From the NCBI GenBank assembly GCA_944383355.1, contig CALWPF010000001.1:28357-92356 (forward strand): DNA of 64,000 nt, in the 5' to 3' direction. A model generated the notes under the pieces. The model was not told the DNA's origin. It made no database searches and saw only the letters and a program-made list of their open reading frames with translations. Both the position numbers and the translations under genes were made by a program. Of the stretch, positions 33,610 to 43,331 are shown one piece after another. The first letter of the stretch is position 1. The number at the start of each line of letters is the position of its first letter. The stretch comes from an uncultured Clostridia bacterium (GTDB lineage: Bacteria > Bacillota > Clostridia > Christensenellales > UBA1242).

Positions 33610-34821
33610 TTATTTAATAATTTTTGATACAACACCACTACCTACGGTACGACCACCCTCACGAATAGCGAAACGAAGTCCTTCCTCAATAGCAATAGGT
33701 GTAATCAACTCTACAGTCATCTCAACGTTGTCACCAGGCATTACCATCTCAACGCCATCTGCCAACTTGATAGAACCTGTAACATCAGTAGTACGGAAGT
33801 AGAACTGTGGACGGTAACCACTAACGAATGGAGTACTACGACCACCCTCTTCTTTCTTCAAGACATATACATTAGCAACAAACTCTGTGTGTGGAGTGAT
33901 TGACTTTGGAGCACAGATAACTTGTCCTCTCTGACAATCTTTACGCTCAATACCACGCAACAATACACCAATGTTGTCACCAGCCTGAGCTAGATCTAGA
34001 GACTTTTTAAACATCTCTACACCTGTAATAACTGTTGTACGGGTTGGGTGAATACCTACAATCTCTACAGTGTCACCAACTTTTACAGTACCACGCTCTA
34101 CACGACCTGTAGCAACTGTACCACGTCCTGGAATAGTCAATACGTCCTCAACTGGCATCAAGAATGGCTTGTCAGTAGCACGTACAGGATCCTTAAAGTA
34201 GTTGTCAACAGCGTCCATCAACTCAAATATACACTTGCTGTCAGGACCATCTACATTACCTGATTTTGCAGCCTCTAATGCCTTGTAAGCACTACCACAG
34301 ATAATAGGAGTGTTGTCACCATCAAACTCGTACTTGTTGAGCAAGTCACGCAACTCCATCTCTACCAACTCTAGCATCTCATCACGGTCAGCCTCTGGTA
34401 GTTGATCTACTTTGTTAATAAATACAACGATTGCAGGAACACCAACCTGACGAGCAAGCAATATGTGCTCTTTGGTCTGTGTCATAACACCATCAGTAGC
34501 AGCAACTACTAGGATAGCACCATCCATCTGTGCAGCACCTGTAATCATGTTCTTTACATAGTCTGCGTGTCCTGGGCAGTCTACGTGTGCGTAGTGACGC
34601 TTTTCGGTCTCGTACTCTACGTGTGCAGTATTAATAGTAATACCTCTTGCTCTCTCCTCTGGAGTAGAGTCAATACTTGCATAATCTCTAGCCTGTGCTA
34701 GACCCTTTACTGCCAATGTCATACAAATAGCAGCAGTCAAGGTTGTCTTACCGTGGTCAACGTGACCAATGGTACCAAGGTTAAAGTGTGGTTTGGTTCT
34801 CTCAAATTTTGCTTTTGCCAT
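33610..34821 (-). CDS. tuf: Elongation factor Tu
   Basis: [17 protein letters not shown] and NKVD motifs, with full-length similarity to EF-Tu. Confidence 0.97.
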   Translation of the reverse strand: MAKAKFERTKPHFNLGTIGHVDHGKTTLTAAICMTLAVKGLAQARDYASIDSTPEERARGITINTAHVEYETEKRHYAHVDCPGHADYVKNMITGAAQMDGAILVVAATDGVMTQTKEHILLARQVGVPAIVVFINKVDQLPEADRDEMLELVEMELRDLLNKYEFDGDNTPIICGSAYKALEAAKSGNVDGPDSKCIFELMDAVDNYFKDPVRATDKPFLMPVEDVLTIPGRGTVATGRVERGTVKVGDTVEIVGIHPTRTTVITGVEMFKKSLDLAQAGDNIGVLLRGIERKDCQRGQVICAPKSITPHTEFVANVYVLKKEEGGRSTPFVSGYRPQFYFRTTDVTGSIKLADGVEMVMPGDNVEMTVELITPIAIEEGLRFAIREGGRTVGSGVVSKIIK

Positions 34822-34863
34822 AATTATTTATAACTCCTTTAAAAATTATTTTACTAAATTAGA

Positions 34864-36942
34864 TTATGACGCTTTGTTCCTAGCCCCGATTATCTTGTCA
34901 GCGATATATTTTGGTACTTCGTCATAACGCTCCAAGTCCATTGTAAATATACCACGACCTTGCGTTAAACTACGAAGGTCTGTCGCATAACCAAACATCT
35001 CGGCTAGCGGAACAAACGCATTTATGGTCTGCTGACCATCTTTACACTCCATATCACAGAGTTGCCCACGACGGCGGTTAATATCACCCATAACATCTCC
35101 CAAGTATTCCTCAGGAACGATTACCTGGGTACGCATTATAGGCTCTAAGATAACAGGATTAGCGTTCTTGGCACCTTCCTTAAACGCCATACTTCCTGCA
35201 ATCTTAAACGCCATCTCACTAGAGTCTACATCGTGGAAACTACCATCTACAAGTGTAACCTTAAAGTCTACCATCTCGTATCCAGCCAATACTCCATTTT
35301 GCTTTGCCTCTTGGATACCAGCATTGATTGCAGGGATATATTCTTTTGGAATAGCTCCACCAACAATCTTATCAACAAACTCGTATCCTTTGCCTGGCTC
35401 CAAAGGCTCCATCTCTATGATACAGTGACCATATTGACCTTTACCACCAGATTGACGAATATATTTACCCTCTTGGCGTACAGGCTTGCGGATTGTCTCA
35501 CGATAAGCCACCTGTGGTTGACCTATGTTTGCCTCAACGTTGAACTCACGGCGCAATCTATCGCAGTAAATATCAAGTTGTAACTCACCCATACCCGCCA
35601 TAATTGTCTGACCTGTTTCCTCATCAGTATATGTGCGGAAAGATGGGTCCTCCTCAGCAAACTTGAGGAGTGCTTGAACCATTTTTTCCTGACCTTGCTT
35701 GGTCTTTGGCTCAATTGCTATACGGATAACTGGCTCAGGGAATTTGATACTCTCCAGTATGATTGGATGATTTTCGTCACAAAGTGTATCACCTGTTGTA
35801 GTGTCCTTGAGACCTACTATAGCAGCTATGTCTCCTGCCCTTACCTCATTTATCTCCATTCTATTGTTACTGTGCATTCTTATCAAGCGCGCAACACGCT
35901 CTTTTTTGTCTTTTGTGGAGTTGTAAACATAACTACCACTCTCCAACTTCCCACTATAAACACGGAAATATGTTAGACGACCGAATTGGTCAGTAACAAC
36001 CTTAAATGCTAATGCACTAAAAGGCTCATCATCGCTAGGTTTACGGATATCCTCTTCCTCTGTACCTGGCTTGACACCCTTGATAGCAGGTATATCTAGT
36101 GGACTAGGCAAATAATCAACGATTGCATCAAGCAATTTTTGTACACCTTTGTTTTTGTAACTACTACCACATGTAACAGGGTTTAGTTTTAATTCTACTG
36201 TACCCTTACGAATACCATACTTCAATTCATCTTTGGTCAATTCCTCACCATTGAGGAATTTCTCCAATAATTTATCATCGACCTCGGCTACAGCCTCAAC
36301 CAATGCGTCGTGATATTTTTGTGCCATCTCTACCATGTCTGCTGGGATAGGCTCTATAGACATATCCTGCCCTAGGTCATCATGATAAATAACAGCGTCC
36401 ATATCCACCAAATCAACAATACCCTTAAATTCATCTGCATGACCAATAGGCAATTGAATAGGTACTGCCTTTGCATTTAGTCTGGTCTTCATCATATCTA
36501 TAGCACGGAAAAAGTCCGCACCATTCATATCCATTTTATTAATATATGCTATACGAGGTACATGATACTCATTAGCTTGACGCCATACAGTCTCACTCTG
36601 AGGCTGTACACCACCACGAGCACAAAATACTGCTACAGCGCCATCTAGCACTTTTAGACTACGCTCAACCTCTATAGTAAAGTCTACGTGTCCTGGTGTG
36701 TCTATAACGTTTATCTGATGATCTCGCCATGTAGTAGTCGTTGCCGCACTAGTGATAGTAATACCACGCTCTTGCTCTTGAACCATCCAGTCCATAGTAG
36801 CCGCACCGTCATGAACCTCTCCTATTTTATGTGTCTTACCAGTATAAAATAGTATACGCTCAGTAGTCGTAGTCTTACCAGCATCTATGTGTGCCATGAT
36901 ACCTATATTACGCACCTTATCTAGCGGAACAGTTCTTGCCAT
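34864..36942 (-). CDS. fusA: Elongation factor G
   Basis: [23 protein letters not shown] and NKMD motifs in a 692-aa protein. Confidence 0.97.
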   Translation of the reverse strand: MARTVPLDKVRNIGIMAHIDAGKTTTTERILFYTGKTHKIGEVHDGAATMDWMVQEQERGITITSAATTTTWRDHQINVIDTPGHVDFTIEVERSLKVLDGAVAVFCARGGVQPQSETVWRQANEYHVPRIAYINKMDMNGADFFRAIDMMKTRLNAKAVPIQLPIGHADEFKGIVDLVDMDAVIYHDDLGQDMSIEPIPADMVEMAQKYHDALVEAVAEVDDKLLEKFLNGEELTKDELKYGIRKGTVELKLNPVTCGSSYKNKGVQKLLDAIVDYLPSPLDIPAIKGVKPGTEEEDIRKPSDDEPFSALAFKVVTDQFGRLTYFRVYSGKLESGSYVYNSTKDKKERVARLIRMHSNNRMEINEVRAGDIAAIVGLKDTTTGDTLCDENHPIILESIKFPEPVIRIAIEPKTKQGQEKMVQALLKFAEEDPSFRTYTDEETGQTIMAGMGELQLDIYCDRLRREFNVEANIGQPQVAYRETIRKPVRQEGKYIRQSGGKGQYGHCIIEMEPLEPGKGYEFVDKIVGGAIPKEYIPAINAGIQEAKQNGVLAGYEMVDFKVTLVDGSFHDVDSSEMAFKIAGSMAFKEGAKNANPVILEPIMRTQVIVPEEYLGDVMGDINRRRGQLCDMECKDGQQTINAFVPLAEMFGYATDLRSLTQGRGIFTMDLERYDEVPKYIADKIIGARNKAS

Positions 36943-36967
36943 TATAATCTCCTCTTTTTATTTAAAA

Positions 36968-37438
36968 TTACCATTTAAAGTGTGCAAACGCCTTGTTTGC
37001 CTCAGCCATACGATGAACCTCATCTTTTTTCTTGACTGCACCACCAGTAGAATTAAATGCATCTACTAGCTCACCAGCCAAACGATTCTCCATACCACGC
37101 TCTCCACGCTTCTTTGCATACAATACTATCCAACGAATAGCCAGTGTTTGTCTACGTGCTGGCCTAATCTCTACTGGTACTTGATATGTAGCACCACCAA
37201 GTTTACGAGCCTTGGTCTCTACTACTGGCATTACATTCTCCAAAGCCTTGGACAATGCCTCCATCGCATCTGTACCGGTCTTTTCTGCTAAGATGTTTAA
37301 TGCATCATAAACCAAGCTCTGAGCTATACCCTTTTTACCATCGAGCATTACTTGATTTATCAACTTTGCCACTACAGTACTAGAATACTTTGGGTCTGGC
37401 AATACATCTCTAACTACTGCCGCATTTCTTCTCGACAT
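36968..37438 (-). CDS. rpsG: 30S ribosomal protein S7
   Basis: 156 aa, MSRR...DPKY ... ANKAFAHFKW. Confidence 0.97.
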   Translation of the reverse strand: MSRRNAAVVRDVLPDPKYSSTVVAKLINQVMLDGKKGIAQSLVYDALNILAEKTGTDAMEALSKALENVMPVVETKARKLGGATYQVPVEIRPARRQTLAIRWIVLYAKKRGERGMENRLAGELVDAFNSTGGAVKKKDEVHRMAEANKAFAHFKW

Positions 37439-37580
37439 AATAATCCTCCTCCTAAAACAATTTATAAATGATCAATAATTTACTTCTATATAAGTATATA
37501 CTAAGTATTTACCTTAATTTAATATACTTAAATATACATTTTTATTTCAAAACAAATTTAGGTTGCGGGTCAAAACTTGA

Positions 37581-37952
37581 TTACTTACCCTTTTTTGCAC
37601 CATACTTACTACGTGCTTGATTACGCTTTGCTGTACCTGCTGTATCCAAGACACCTCTAACTATGTGATAACGCACACCTACTAGGTCTTTTACACGACC
37701 ACCACGTACCAATACAACGCTGTGCTCTTGTAGGTTGTGACCTTCACCTGGAATGTACATTGTACTCTCACTACCATTACTCAACCTAACCTTTGCAATC
37801 TTACGCAATGCAGAGTTAGGCTTCTTTGGTGTAGTAGTAGTAACAGACAAACATACACCACGCTTTTGCGGACAAGACTCCATCAAAGGAGACTTTGACT
37901 TTTGCTTTTGCGAGTGTCTACCCTTGCGAACCAACTGGTTAATTGTAGGCAT
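37581..37952 (-). CDS. rpsL: 30S ribosomal protein S12
   Basis: [12 protein letters not shown]... begins at the ATG at 37952, with AGGAGGGG as the SD. The track ORF has 13 extra upstream codons. Confidence 0.97.
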   Translation of the reverse strand: MPTINQLVRKGRHSQKQKSKSPLMESCPQKRGVCLSVTTTTPKKPNSALRKIAKVRLSNGSESTMYIPGEGHNLQEHSVVLVRGGRVKDLVGVRYHIVRGVLDTAGTAKRNQARSKYGAKKGK

Positions 37953-38154
37953 ATTCCCCTCCTTGTTAGTATTTTGAATGAAAAATATCAACCCATATTA
38001 TTTCATTTTGAAATAGCTTTTGTCATCATTTATATATTGTGAAAATTTGGAATGTCATATATAAAATCATGCATCAAAATCTAATTTCCTTATCCAACCC
38101 CTTGAGTACACCCTAGTCAAGTGATCGAACGCTCTAACTTTAAAACTAAGTTAG

Positions 38155-38192
38155 TTAGAAAAAACCGCTACAAATATTTTTTGTAACGGTTG
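38155..38192 (-). terminator. Rho-independent terminator inside the rpsL-upstream gap
   Basis: Minus strand reads AACCGTTACAAA-loop-TTTGTAGCGGTT (12 bp, one mismatch) followed by TTTTTCT. It would terminate minus-strand transcription arriving from the 38200-38700 region. Confidence 0.55.
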
Positions 38193-38444
38193 CTATTTTA
38201 TCAAATTAAAATGGTTATGTCAACAGCATTTTAAAATAATTTTTACTGAAATAAAATATTAATTAACTTTTGTACCAAGACTCACTACAGTCAACACATG
38301 CATTATGAATTATCAGCATTCAATGTACCTGTTACAATACCATAAGCATTGATACAAATACTTTTTTGAATTTTTATGCAATTATACATTTAGAACATAA
38401 ATATTAGTTTTTAGAACATTCACTTATTAACAAAAGTTATGCAC

Positions 38445-38569
38445 TTATCCACAATGAATATTTATAAAATTTGGTGTATTTTTATCTAAAAATTGAATTT
38501 TTAAACACTTTTTTGCATAAATTTACGAATTTTCGACAGTTATCCACAGAAATAATGCACTTATCCACA
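38445..38569 (+). promoter_or_regulatory. Cluster of three perfect DnaA boxes (TTATCCACA)
   Basis: Exact 9-mers at 38445..38453, 38540..38548 and 38561..38569, all in the same orientation. Two are embedded in a 17-nt direct repeat, ATGCACTTATCCACAAT (38439..38455 and 38555..38571). Confidence 0.7.
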
Positions 38570-38697
38570 ATCCTTGAGCACATTTTTTGTAATTTTGTTA
38601 GCAAACTTCGCTTTAGTTGCTGATTATTCTCATAAAATAAACCCCTGATATAATTCACAAAAGATTATTCAAAAAATGCAAAGTGAAAACCAAACTA

Positions 38698-39696
38698 CTA
38701 TAAACAGTATGCAGATAGCAACAAGAATGTTACATACGTGAGTGAAATTAAAACACCAAAAGTAATGGTAAGCAAGGCTGAACGTTTTGTTTTACGGCGT
38801 TTGAGAGCATAAAATATAAAACTAAATATACAAATAGCTAGCATACATATACTCAGGTATACTGATTGCAAGTCAGTCAAGAATACTGTACCAGAATAAT
38901 AGCAAACATCAGCAATAGCCAAAACTAAGTAATTAAAAACACACGTCCCCATTATATTACAAAATGCAGTATTAAAGTTACCCAAACGAACAAACGCAAA
39001 TGTGCTAATTATCTCAGGCAAACTTGTTGCCACTCCCAAAAATAATGCACCTGCCAATCCTTTGCCTAATCCATATTCTGCAGCAATATACTCTGATGCA
39101 AATGTAATAGCGATGGATACTCCCACCAAGACTAAGGAACATATGATAAATCTAATCACTATTTGTCTAACTGCTAGAGTACTATCTACTGCGGGCTCCA
39201 AGGCAGAATTTGCATTATCTGCTATATCAGCGTTGTTGGACAAGAATAAAGACAGTACATATAGAGTAATACATAACAGTGTCAAAAAATTGACATTAAT
39301 AAATGGAATTACAATACTCACATCAAAGAGGACAAAAATCGCTATACATGCAGTAATAAGTGTGCATACCCACAAAAACACGCCATTACCAGATGATAAT
39401 CTAGCATTTTTTATTCGATTAAAATAAATTATCATTACAACACCAATGATTGTAACATCAAATAAATTTGAACCAATGATATTCCCTTGAGTCAAATCTG
39501 GCTCATTCATAAATGCACCAGTAATACTGGTAACCAATTCTGGTAAACTGGTAATACCAGCCAGCAGCACGCCACCCAGCAGTGCCCCAGATAACTTGGT
39601 ACGATGTTGTAACAAATCAACATACTTGGCAAGTTTGATAGATACATATCCCATCACAACTAGGCACAAGATATAGATTATCCAAACCCACCACAT
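38698..39696 (-). CDS. Sodium/calcium exchanger family (CaCA, YrbG-like) membrane protein
   Basis: 332 aa and polytopic. Two alpha-repeat motifs are present (GITSLPELVTS...GNIIGSNLFDV and GVATSLPEIIST). Confidence 0.78.
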   Translation of the reverse strand: MWWVWIIYILCLVVMGYVSIKLAKYVDLLQHRTKLSGALLGGVLLAGITSLPELVTSITGAFMNEPDLTQGNIIGSNLFDVTIIGVVMIIYFNRIKNARLSSGNGVFLWVCTLITACIAIFVLFDVSIVIPFINVNFLTLLCITLYVLSLFLSNNADIADNANSALEPAVDSTLAVRQIVIRFIICSLVLVGVSIAITFASEYIAAEYGLGKGLAGALFLGVATSLPEIISTFAFVRLGNFNTAFCNIMGTCVFNYLVLAIADVCYYSGTVFLTDLQSVYLSICMLAICIFSFIFYALKRRKTKRSALLTITFGVLISLTYVTFLLLSAYCL

Positions 39697-39743
39697 AATT
39701 GACCTATACCTCTTTTTTTATTAGCAGTTTCAGTATATTACAT

Positions 39744-41117
39744 TCAATTATTCTTTGCAAGCAAATTATCCAAGGTGCTCCAAAACTGGCCTAAACTATT
39801 TTCATTTTCTTGCTCTATTGATTCTACGATAGGCTCTGGTGGACGCTCACGAGCACCCCATATTTTTACGCCCTGTACAGAGTGGTAGGTAACATTGCGA
39901 ATCAACTTTTTATTTAATAACCTACCATCTTGATAATATTCCAAATAACCTTTAGCTTTATACCCAGCCTTTGGTAATACTTTGTAAAAATATTCGTCTT
40001 TGTACTTTACTTTATCAGTATACTCACCAGTTTTATCAATTATTTCTTTATCTGGCTCCGGCTCAATCTTAGCCACTACCTCGCTCACTCTCTTGATAGT
40101 ATAATTATTAACTTTTTTACCATAAACCTCAACAACAACTATTTTATCTGTATAAAAAGTTCTCAAAAAAATTGGTGCTCCTGTGTCATTTTGAAATTTA
40201 AGATCACTAGTGCCAAAATTTACCATAGCATCAAAAGCCAAATCTACATAACTAGGCGGCAAACTATGCGGGTGCACCTCAAGTATTTTGATACCAGCGA
40301 GCACCAAGGCATTGTACAATGTCGTACTGGATTGGCATACCCCACCACCATATGCCTCTACATATTTTTTGTCTTGTATTATCTTTGCCTCACGATAACC
40401 ATTTTGTTGAGTGCGTCTACCTGTAGTATCATTAAATGAAACCACTTCTCCAGCCTCAATTCGCATACCATTAAATTTCTCCAACGCTGTACGCACATTA
40501 TGTTTTCTATCTGAATTAGATTTTTCGTAATTAGTGCTAAACTGAGACAATTTAGTTGTATATTGTTTGAGTTCGCTTTCTACAATTTTGGGTAACAAGA
40601 TATCTGGTTCAATATTTACTACTACATTATTACTTTGCTCCAATTTTGCCAATATATTATTTAGTAACAACTCGTCATTTATGGCATAACCTGTCCTAGA
40701 TGGTGTTATAAAAAAATACGGTGATTTGCGTGGATTAAACTGCAAATCAGCATCTCGTGGCTCACACTCTATTCCCTGTTTGATATCTTCATAAAAATCT
40801 CGCCAACCAAAAAACATATACTCAAAGGCATCAATCAAATCAAAACCCAATAAATTAATTTCTTTAATCTTTTTGGCTCGCTCTGCACTAGTACCCAGCC
40901 TATTATTTCGTTGTAATTTACGCATATCAAGAAAGTTATTTACTGTGGGCAAATTTTCCAAAAAATTATAACTATACGACTTGCCATCATATTGTAATGT
41001 AATAGTGGCATTTTCGACATTTGTAATAGCATATGCTGGGGTATATGCACAAAAAAATCCACCCAAGGTGAATAATAAAAAAGATATACATACAACTATG
41101 CCTTGCCAATATTTCAT
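39744..41117 (-). CDS. VanW family protein
   Basis: N-terminal TM helix and a VanW core (YGGGVCQSSTTLYNALVLAGI) in a 457-aa protein. Confidence 0.8.
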   Translation of the reverse strand: MKYWQGIVVCISFLLFTLGGFFCAYTPAYAITNVENATITLQYDGKSYSYNFLENLPTVNNFLDMRKLQRNNRLGTSAERAKKIKEINLLGFDLIDAFEYMFFGWRDFYEDIKQGIECEPRDADLQFNPRKSPYFFITPSRTGYAINDELLLNNILAKLEQSNNVVVNIEPDILLPKIVESELKQYTTKLSQFSTNYEKSNSDRKHNVRTALEKFNGMRIEAGEVVSFNDTTGRRTQQNGYREAKIIQDKKYVEAYGGGVCQSSTTLYNALVLAGIKILEVHPHSLPPSYVDLAFDAMVNFGTSDLKFQNDTGAPIFLRTFYTDKIVVVEVYGKKVNNYTIKRVSEVVAKIEPEPDKEIIDKTGEYTDKVKYKDEYFYKVLPKAGYKAKGYLEYYQDGRLLNKKLIRNVTYHSVQGVKIWGARERPPEPIVESIEQENENSLGQFWSTLDNLLAKNN

Positions 41118-41219
41118 TACTTAACCTCTAATATATCTTGTGAAAAACTATATAGAAATATACAGCGATGTATAGTTGAAACAAATTAAAAATAAAAGGC
41201 TCCAAAAAGCCTTGCTTGC

Positions 41220-41852
41220 TTATTGTGCCTTTTTTTTGACTCTATCACGCAACATTTGTTGCTTACGAGCGACCAGTTTCTCTTGAGAAGCTGGCATCAT
41301 CTCTAATTGTTGCTGAGCAAAATCCTCTGTCACTATGCCTTGCGTCAATAATGTAAGTATTTGCTCTTTCCTAAACTCAGCGATATCCAACTGCGTACTA
41401 ATTGGTAACAACAATATCATACTGCCTATTATAAATGTATTAAGTAATCCAAAATCGAGTACCTTGTTTACCAATAATTTCTTACTTACTTTTTGATACC
41501 AAGTGTCAGCAACTTTCTCCATATCTTCTGTAGTAGCAAAATCTGACTTGTAATTTTCCAAAAAATCTAACATAGACTCACGACTAACAAAAAAACTCTC
41601 CAATTTTTGTCTAGTCATCAATATAGTTTGAGGTAATTCTAATGCCTTGATACCCTCAATAGCATGAAATGTCGAGCCCTTAAAATTCATCTCACCACCA
41701 TACAAACTACGAGCCTCTTTGTGCCGCATCAAAGATACTCTATTACCGTATACACCCTTGCCAAATATAAATTTTTCAAAACTATATCCACAAGTAATGG
41801 CATACGCAAGATGTGCCATTGCTTGGTCATTTGTAAATACTTTTTTTATCAT
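41220..41852 (-). CDS. Hypothetical protein (one predicted TM helix), coupled downstream of a HicB-like gene
   Basis: The ATG has GGAGGAGG 6 nt upstream and sits 21 nt after the HicB-like stop. No family was recognised. Confidence 0.55.
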   Translation of the reverse strand: MIKKVFTNDQAMAHLAYAITCGYSFEKFIFGKGVYGNRVSLMRHKEARSLYGGEMNFKGSTFHAIEGIKALELPQTILMTRQKLESFFVSRESMLDFLENYKSDFATTEDMEKVADTWYQKVSKKLLVNKVLDFGLLNTFIIGSMILLLPISTQLDIAEFRKEQILTLLTQGIVTEDFAQQQLEMMPASQEKLVARKQQMLRDRVKKKAQ

Positions 41853-41873
41853 TGCGGGCCTCCTCCAATATGC

Positions 41874-42179
41874 CTATATATCTAGACTAAACTGCTCGCT
41901 CGCTACTCCCATTTTTCCCTTGCCATCAATCTCTGCATCTACTAACAAGACAATATTTTTTGACTCCTGCATAACATCTTCAAACTTTGTAGCATCGTCA
42001 ATCACCCCATTGTACTCCAAAGCACAACGGCAGTACACCTCCAAAAAATCTTTGGCACGCAAAAATGCATCTTCTACCGAACTACCCTCTGTACAGATAT
42101 TTAGATCGTGGAATACTATAGTGTATCCACGTCCCTCACTATCTTTGTATAACACTGCAGGAAAAACAAATTGTTGCAT
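41874..42179 (-). CDS. HicB-like (UPF0150 fold) antitoxin-family domain protein
   Basis: The N-terminus FVFPAVLYKDSEGRGYTIVFHDLNICTEGSSVEDAFLRAKDFLEVY matches the HicB N-terminal domain pattern (Y.YPA.....E.GGY.V.FPDLPGC.T.G.T.EEA). No HicA-like ORF is adjacent. Confidence 0.6.
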   Translation of the reverse strand: MQQFVFPAVLYKDSEGRGYTIVFHDLNICTEGSSVEDAFLRAKDFLEVYCRCALEYNGVIDDATKFEDVMQESKNIVLLVDAEIDGKGKMGVASEQFSLDI

Positions 42180-42282
42180 ATCTCACCTCATACCTTTGTA
42201 CACTAGCATTTTAACATAATAGACTATTTTTGTAAATTAAATTGCAATACTTTAATAAAGTATCCACTTGCAAACCTAACGA

Positions 42283-42642
42283 CTAAATTATTGCCAAGGT
42301 AATTGCGATAGCCGCTACAGTAATATTTAGTAATAGCCACAAGATATTTAGTGCGAGTGCCATATTGCCAACCAGCGATTGTACCTTTTTGACCTTGGCA
42401 GTCTTGAGTGTCTTGCCATCTAGCACTATACCTGTAATATTTAGACCTATACCAACTATATTAAAGGCACAAAACCAAAAGTATACCTGAATATCCAGCA
42501 CGCAAAACAAAACTACTGTAATGAGGAAAGCTATCATACCACCCAGACTAAACCATGCCGCCATACGCCCCCATGTATCCATCAATCTAGTATCTCTCAG
42601 CACGGTGGCTTTTTCGTTGTCTAGATAATCAAAATATGCCAT
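42283..42642 (-). CDS. Hypothetical small membrane protein (3-4 TM helices)
   Basis: 119 aa and hydrophobic, with GGAGG upstream of the ATG. Confidence 0.5.
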   Translation of the reverse strand: MAYFDYLDNEKATVLRDTRLMDTWGRMAAWFSLGGMIAFLITVVLFCVLDIQVYFWFCAFNIVGIGLNITGIVLDGKTLKTAKVKKVQSLVGNMALALNILWLLLNITVAAIAITLAII

Positions 42643-42724
42643 ACACCCGCCTCCTTTATTATCTAAGTATATAAATTATCTCCTGTTTTTGCAAATAAAA
42701 ATCATTAAATTAATATGCAATAGC

Positions 42725-42751
42725 ACAATTTTTATGTTTTTACCATACAAT
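42725..42751 (+). promoter_or_regulatory. Possible mother-cell (sigma-E/sigma-K-like) promoter for the Cys-rich gene
   Basis: AC, a 17-nt spacer, then CATACAAT, which resembles the sigE -10 (CATACA-T) and sigK (AC-17-CATA) consensus. This is a weak pattern match only. Confidence 0.3.
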
Positions 42752-42814
42752 GTAACGAGGGAAACAATTTACATAACACAAAGATATGTTATGTAAAGGA
42801 GGAAAAGAGTAAAT

Positions 42815-43180
42815 ATGTGCTGTCAAAATTTCCCATGCAGTTACAAGAGCTATCAAGATTATAAGAGGCTAAATAACGAATTTTGCAATGGTAAAAATGG
42901 TTGCATCAGCATACCTGACTGCTGTCCTTGCAAACCCGACAATTGCTGTCCATGCAAGCCAAATACGCAGTGTGGCTGTCCTTGCGGTACAAGACAAAAA
43001 TGCCCATGCAGACCAAATACAAATTGCTCATGGCAACAACAGTGCAACAACTGCCCTTGTTGCCCACCTGATTTACCTCAACCAAATTCTAAAAGAGAAT
43101 GTGGCTGTAGATCCAAAAATAGCTTTGGCTTTTGTATCACAGGTACAATCAAATTTAGAGAAGATTGTTGGCCGTTTTAA
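42815..43180 (+). CDS. Cysteine/proline-rich small protein with CCPCKP repeats (candidate spore-coat/exosporium or metal-binding protein)
   Basis: 121 aa with about 25 Cys. The repeats read PDCCPCKPDNCCPCKPNTQCGCPCGTRQKCPCRPNTNC. GGAGG lies upstream and a terminator lies downstream. The overlapping alternative-frame ORFs look like shadows. Confidence 0.6.
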   Translation: MCCQNFPCSYKSYQDYKRLNNEFCNGKNGCISIPDCCPCKPDNCCPCKPNTQCGCPCGTRQKCPCRPNTNCSWQQQCNNCPCCPPDLPQPNSKRECGCRSKNSFGFCITGTIKFREDCWPF

Positions 43181-43183
43181 TAA

Positions 43184-43227
43184 AAAAGGAAGTCTCCACA
43201 TAAATACGAATGCTGACTTCCTTTTTT
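43184..43227 (+). terminator. Rho-independent terminator of the Cys-rich gene
   Basis: 11-bp stem AAAAGGAAGTC/GACTTCCTTTT with a 20-nt loop, followed by a T-run. Confidence 0.5.
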
Positions 43228-43331
43228 ATTATGTATATTTTGTAACACTGAGTAAATAAGCAAATTACTAGGGCTATCTATAAAAACGATGTCTAAAAAT
43301 ATTTTTTTGTATAACAAGAGTATAACTAACT

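Noticed and set aside
42859-43259. Alternative ORFs overlapping the Cys-rich gene (42888..43259 on the plus strand, 42859..43050 on the minus strand)
   Set aside because: Neither has an SD. Both are frame shadows of a repetitive, compositionally biased sequence. The 42815 frame has the SD, the repeat structure and the terminator placement.
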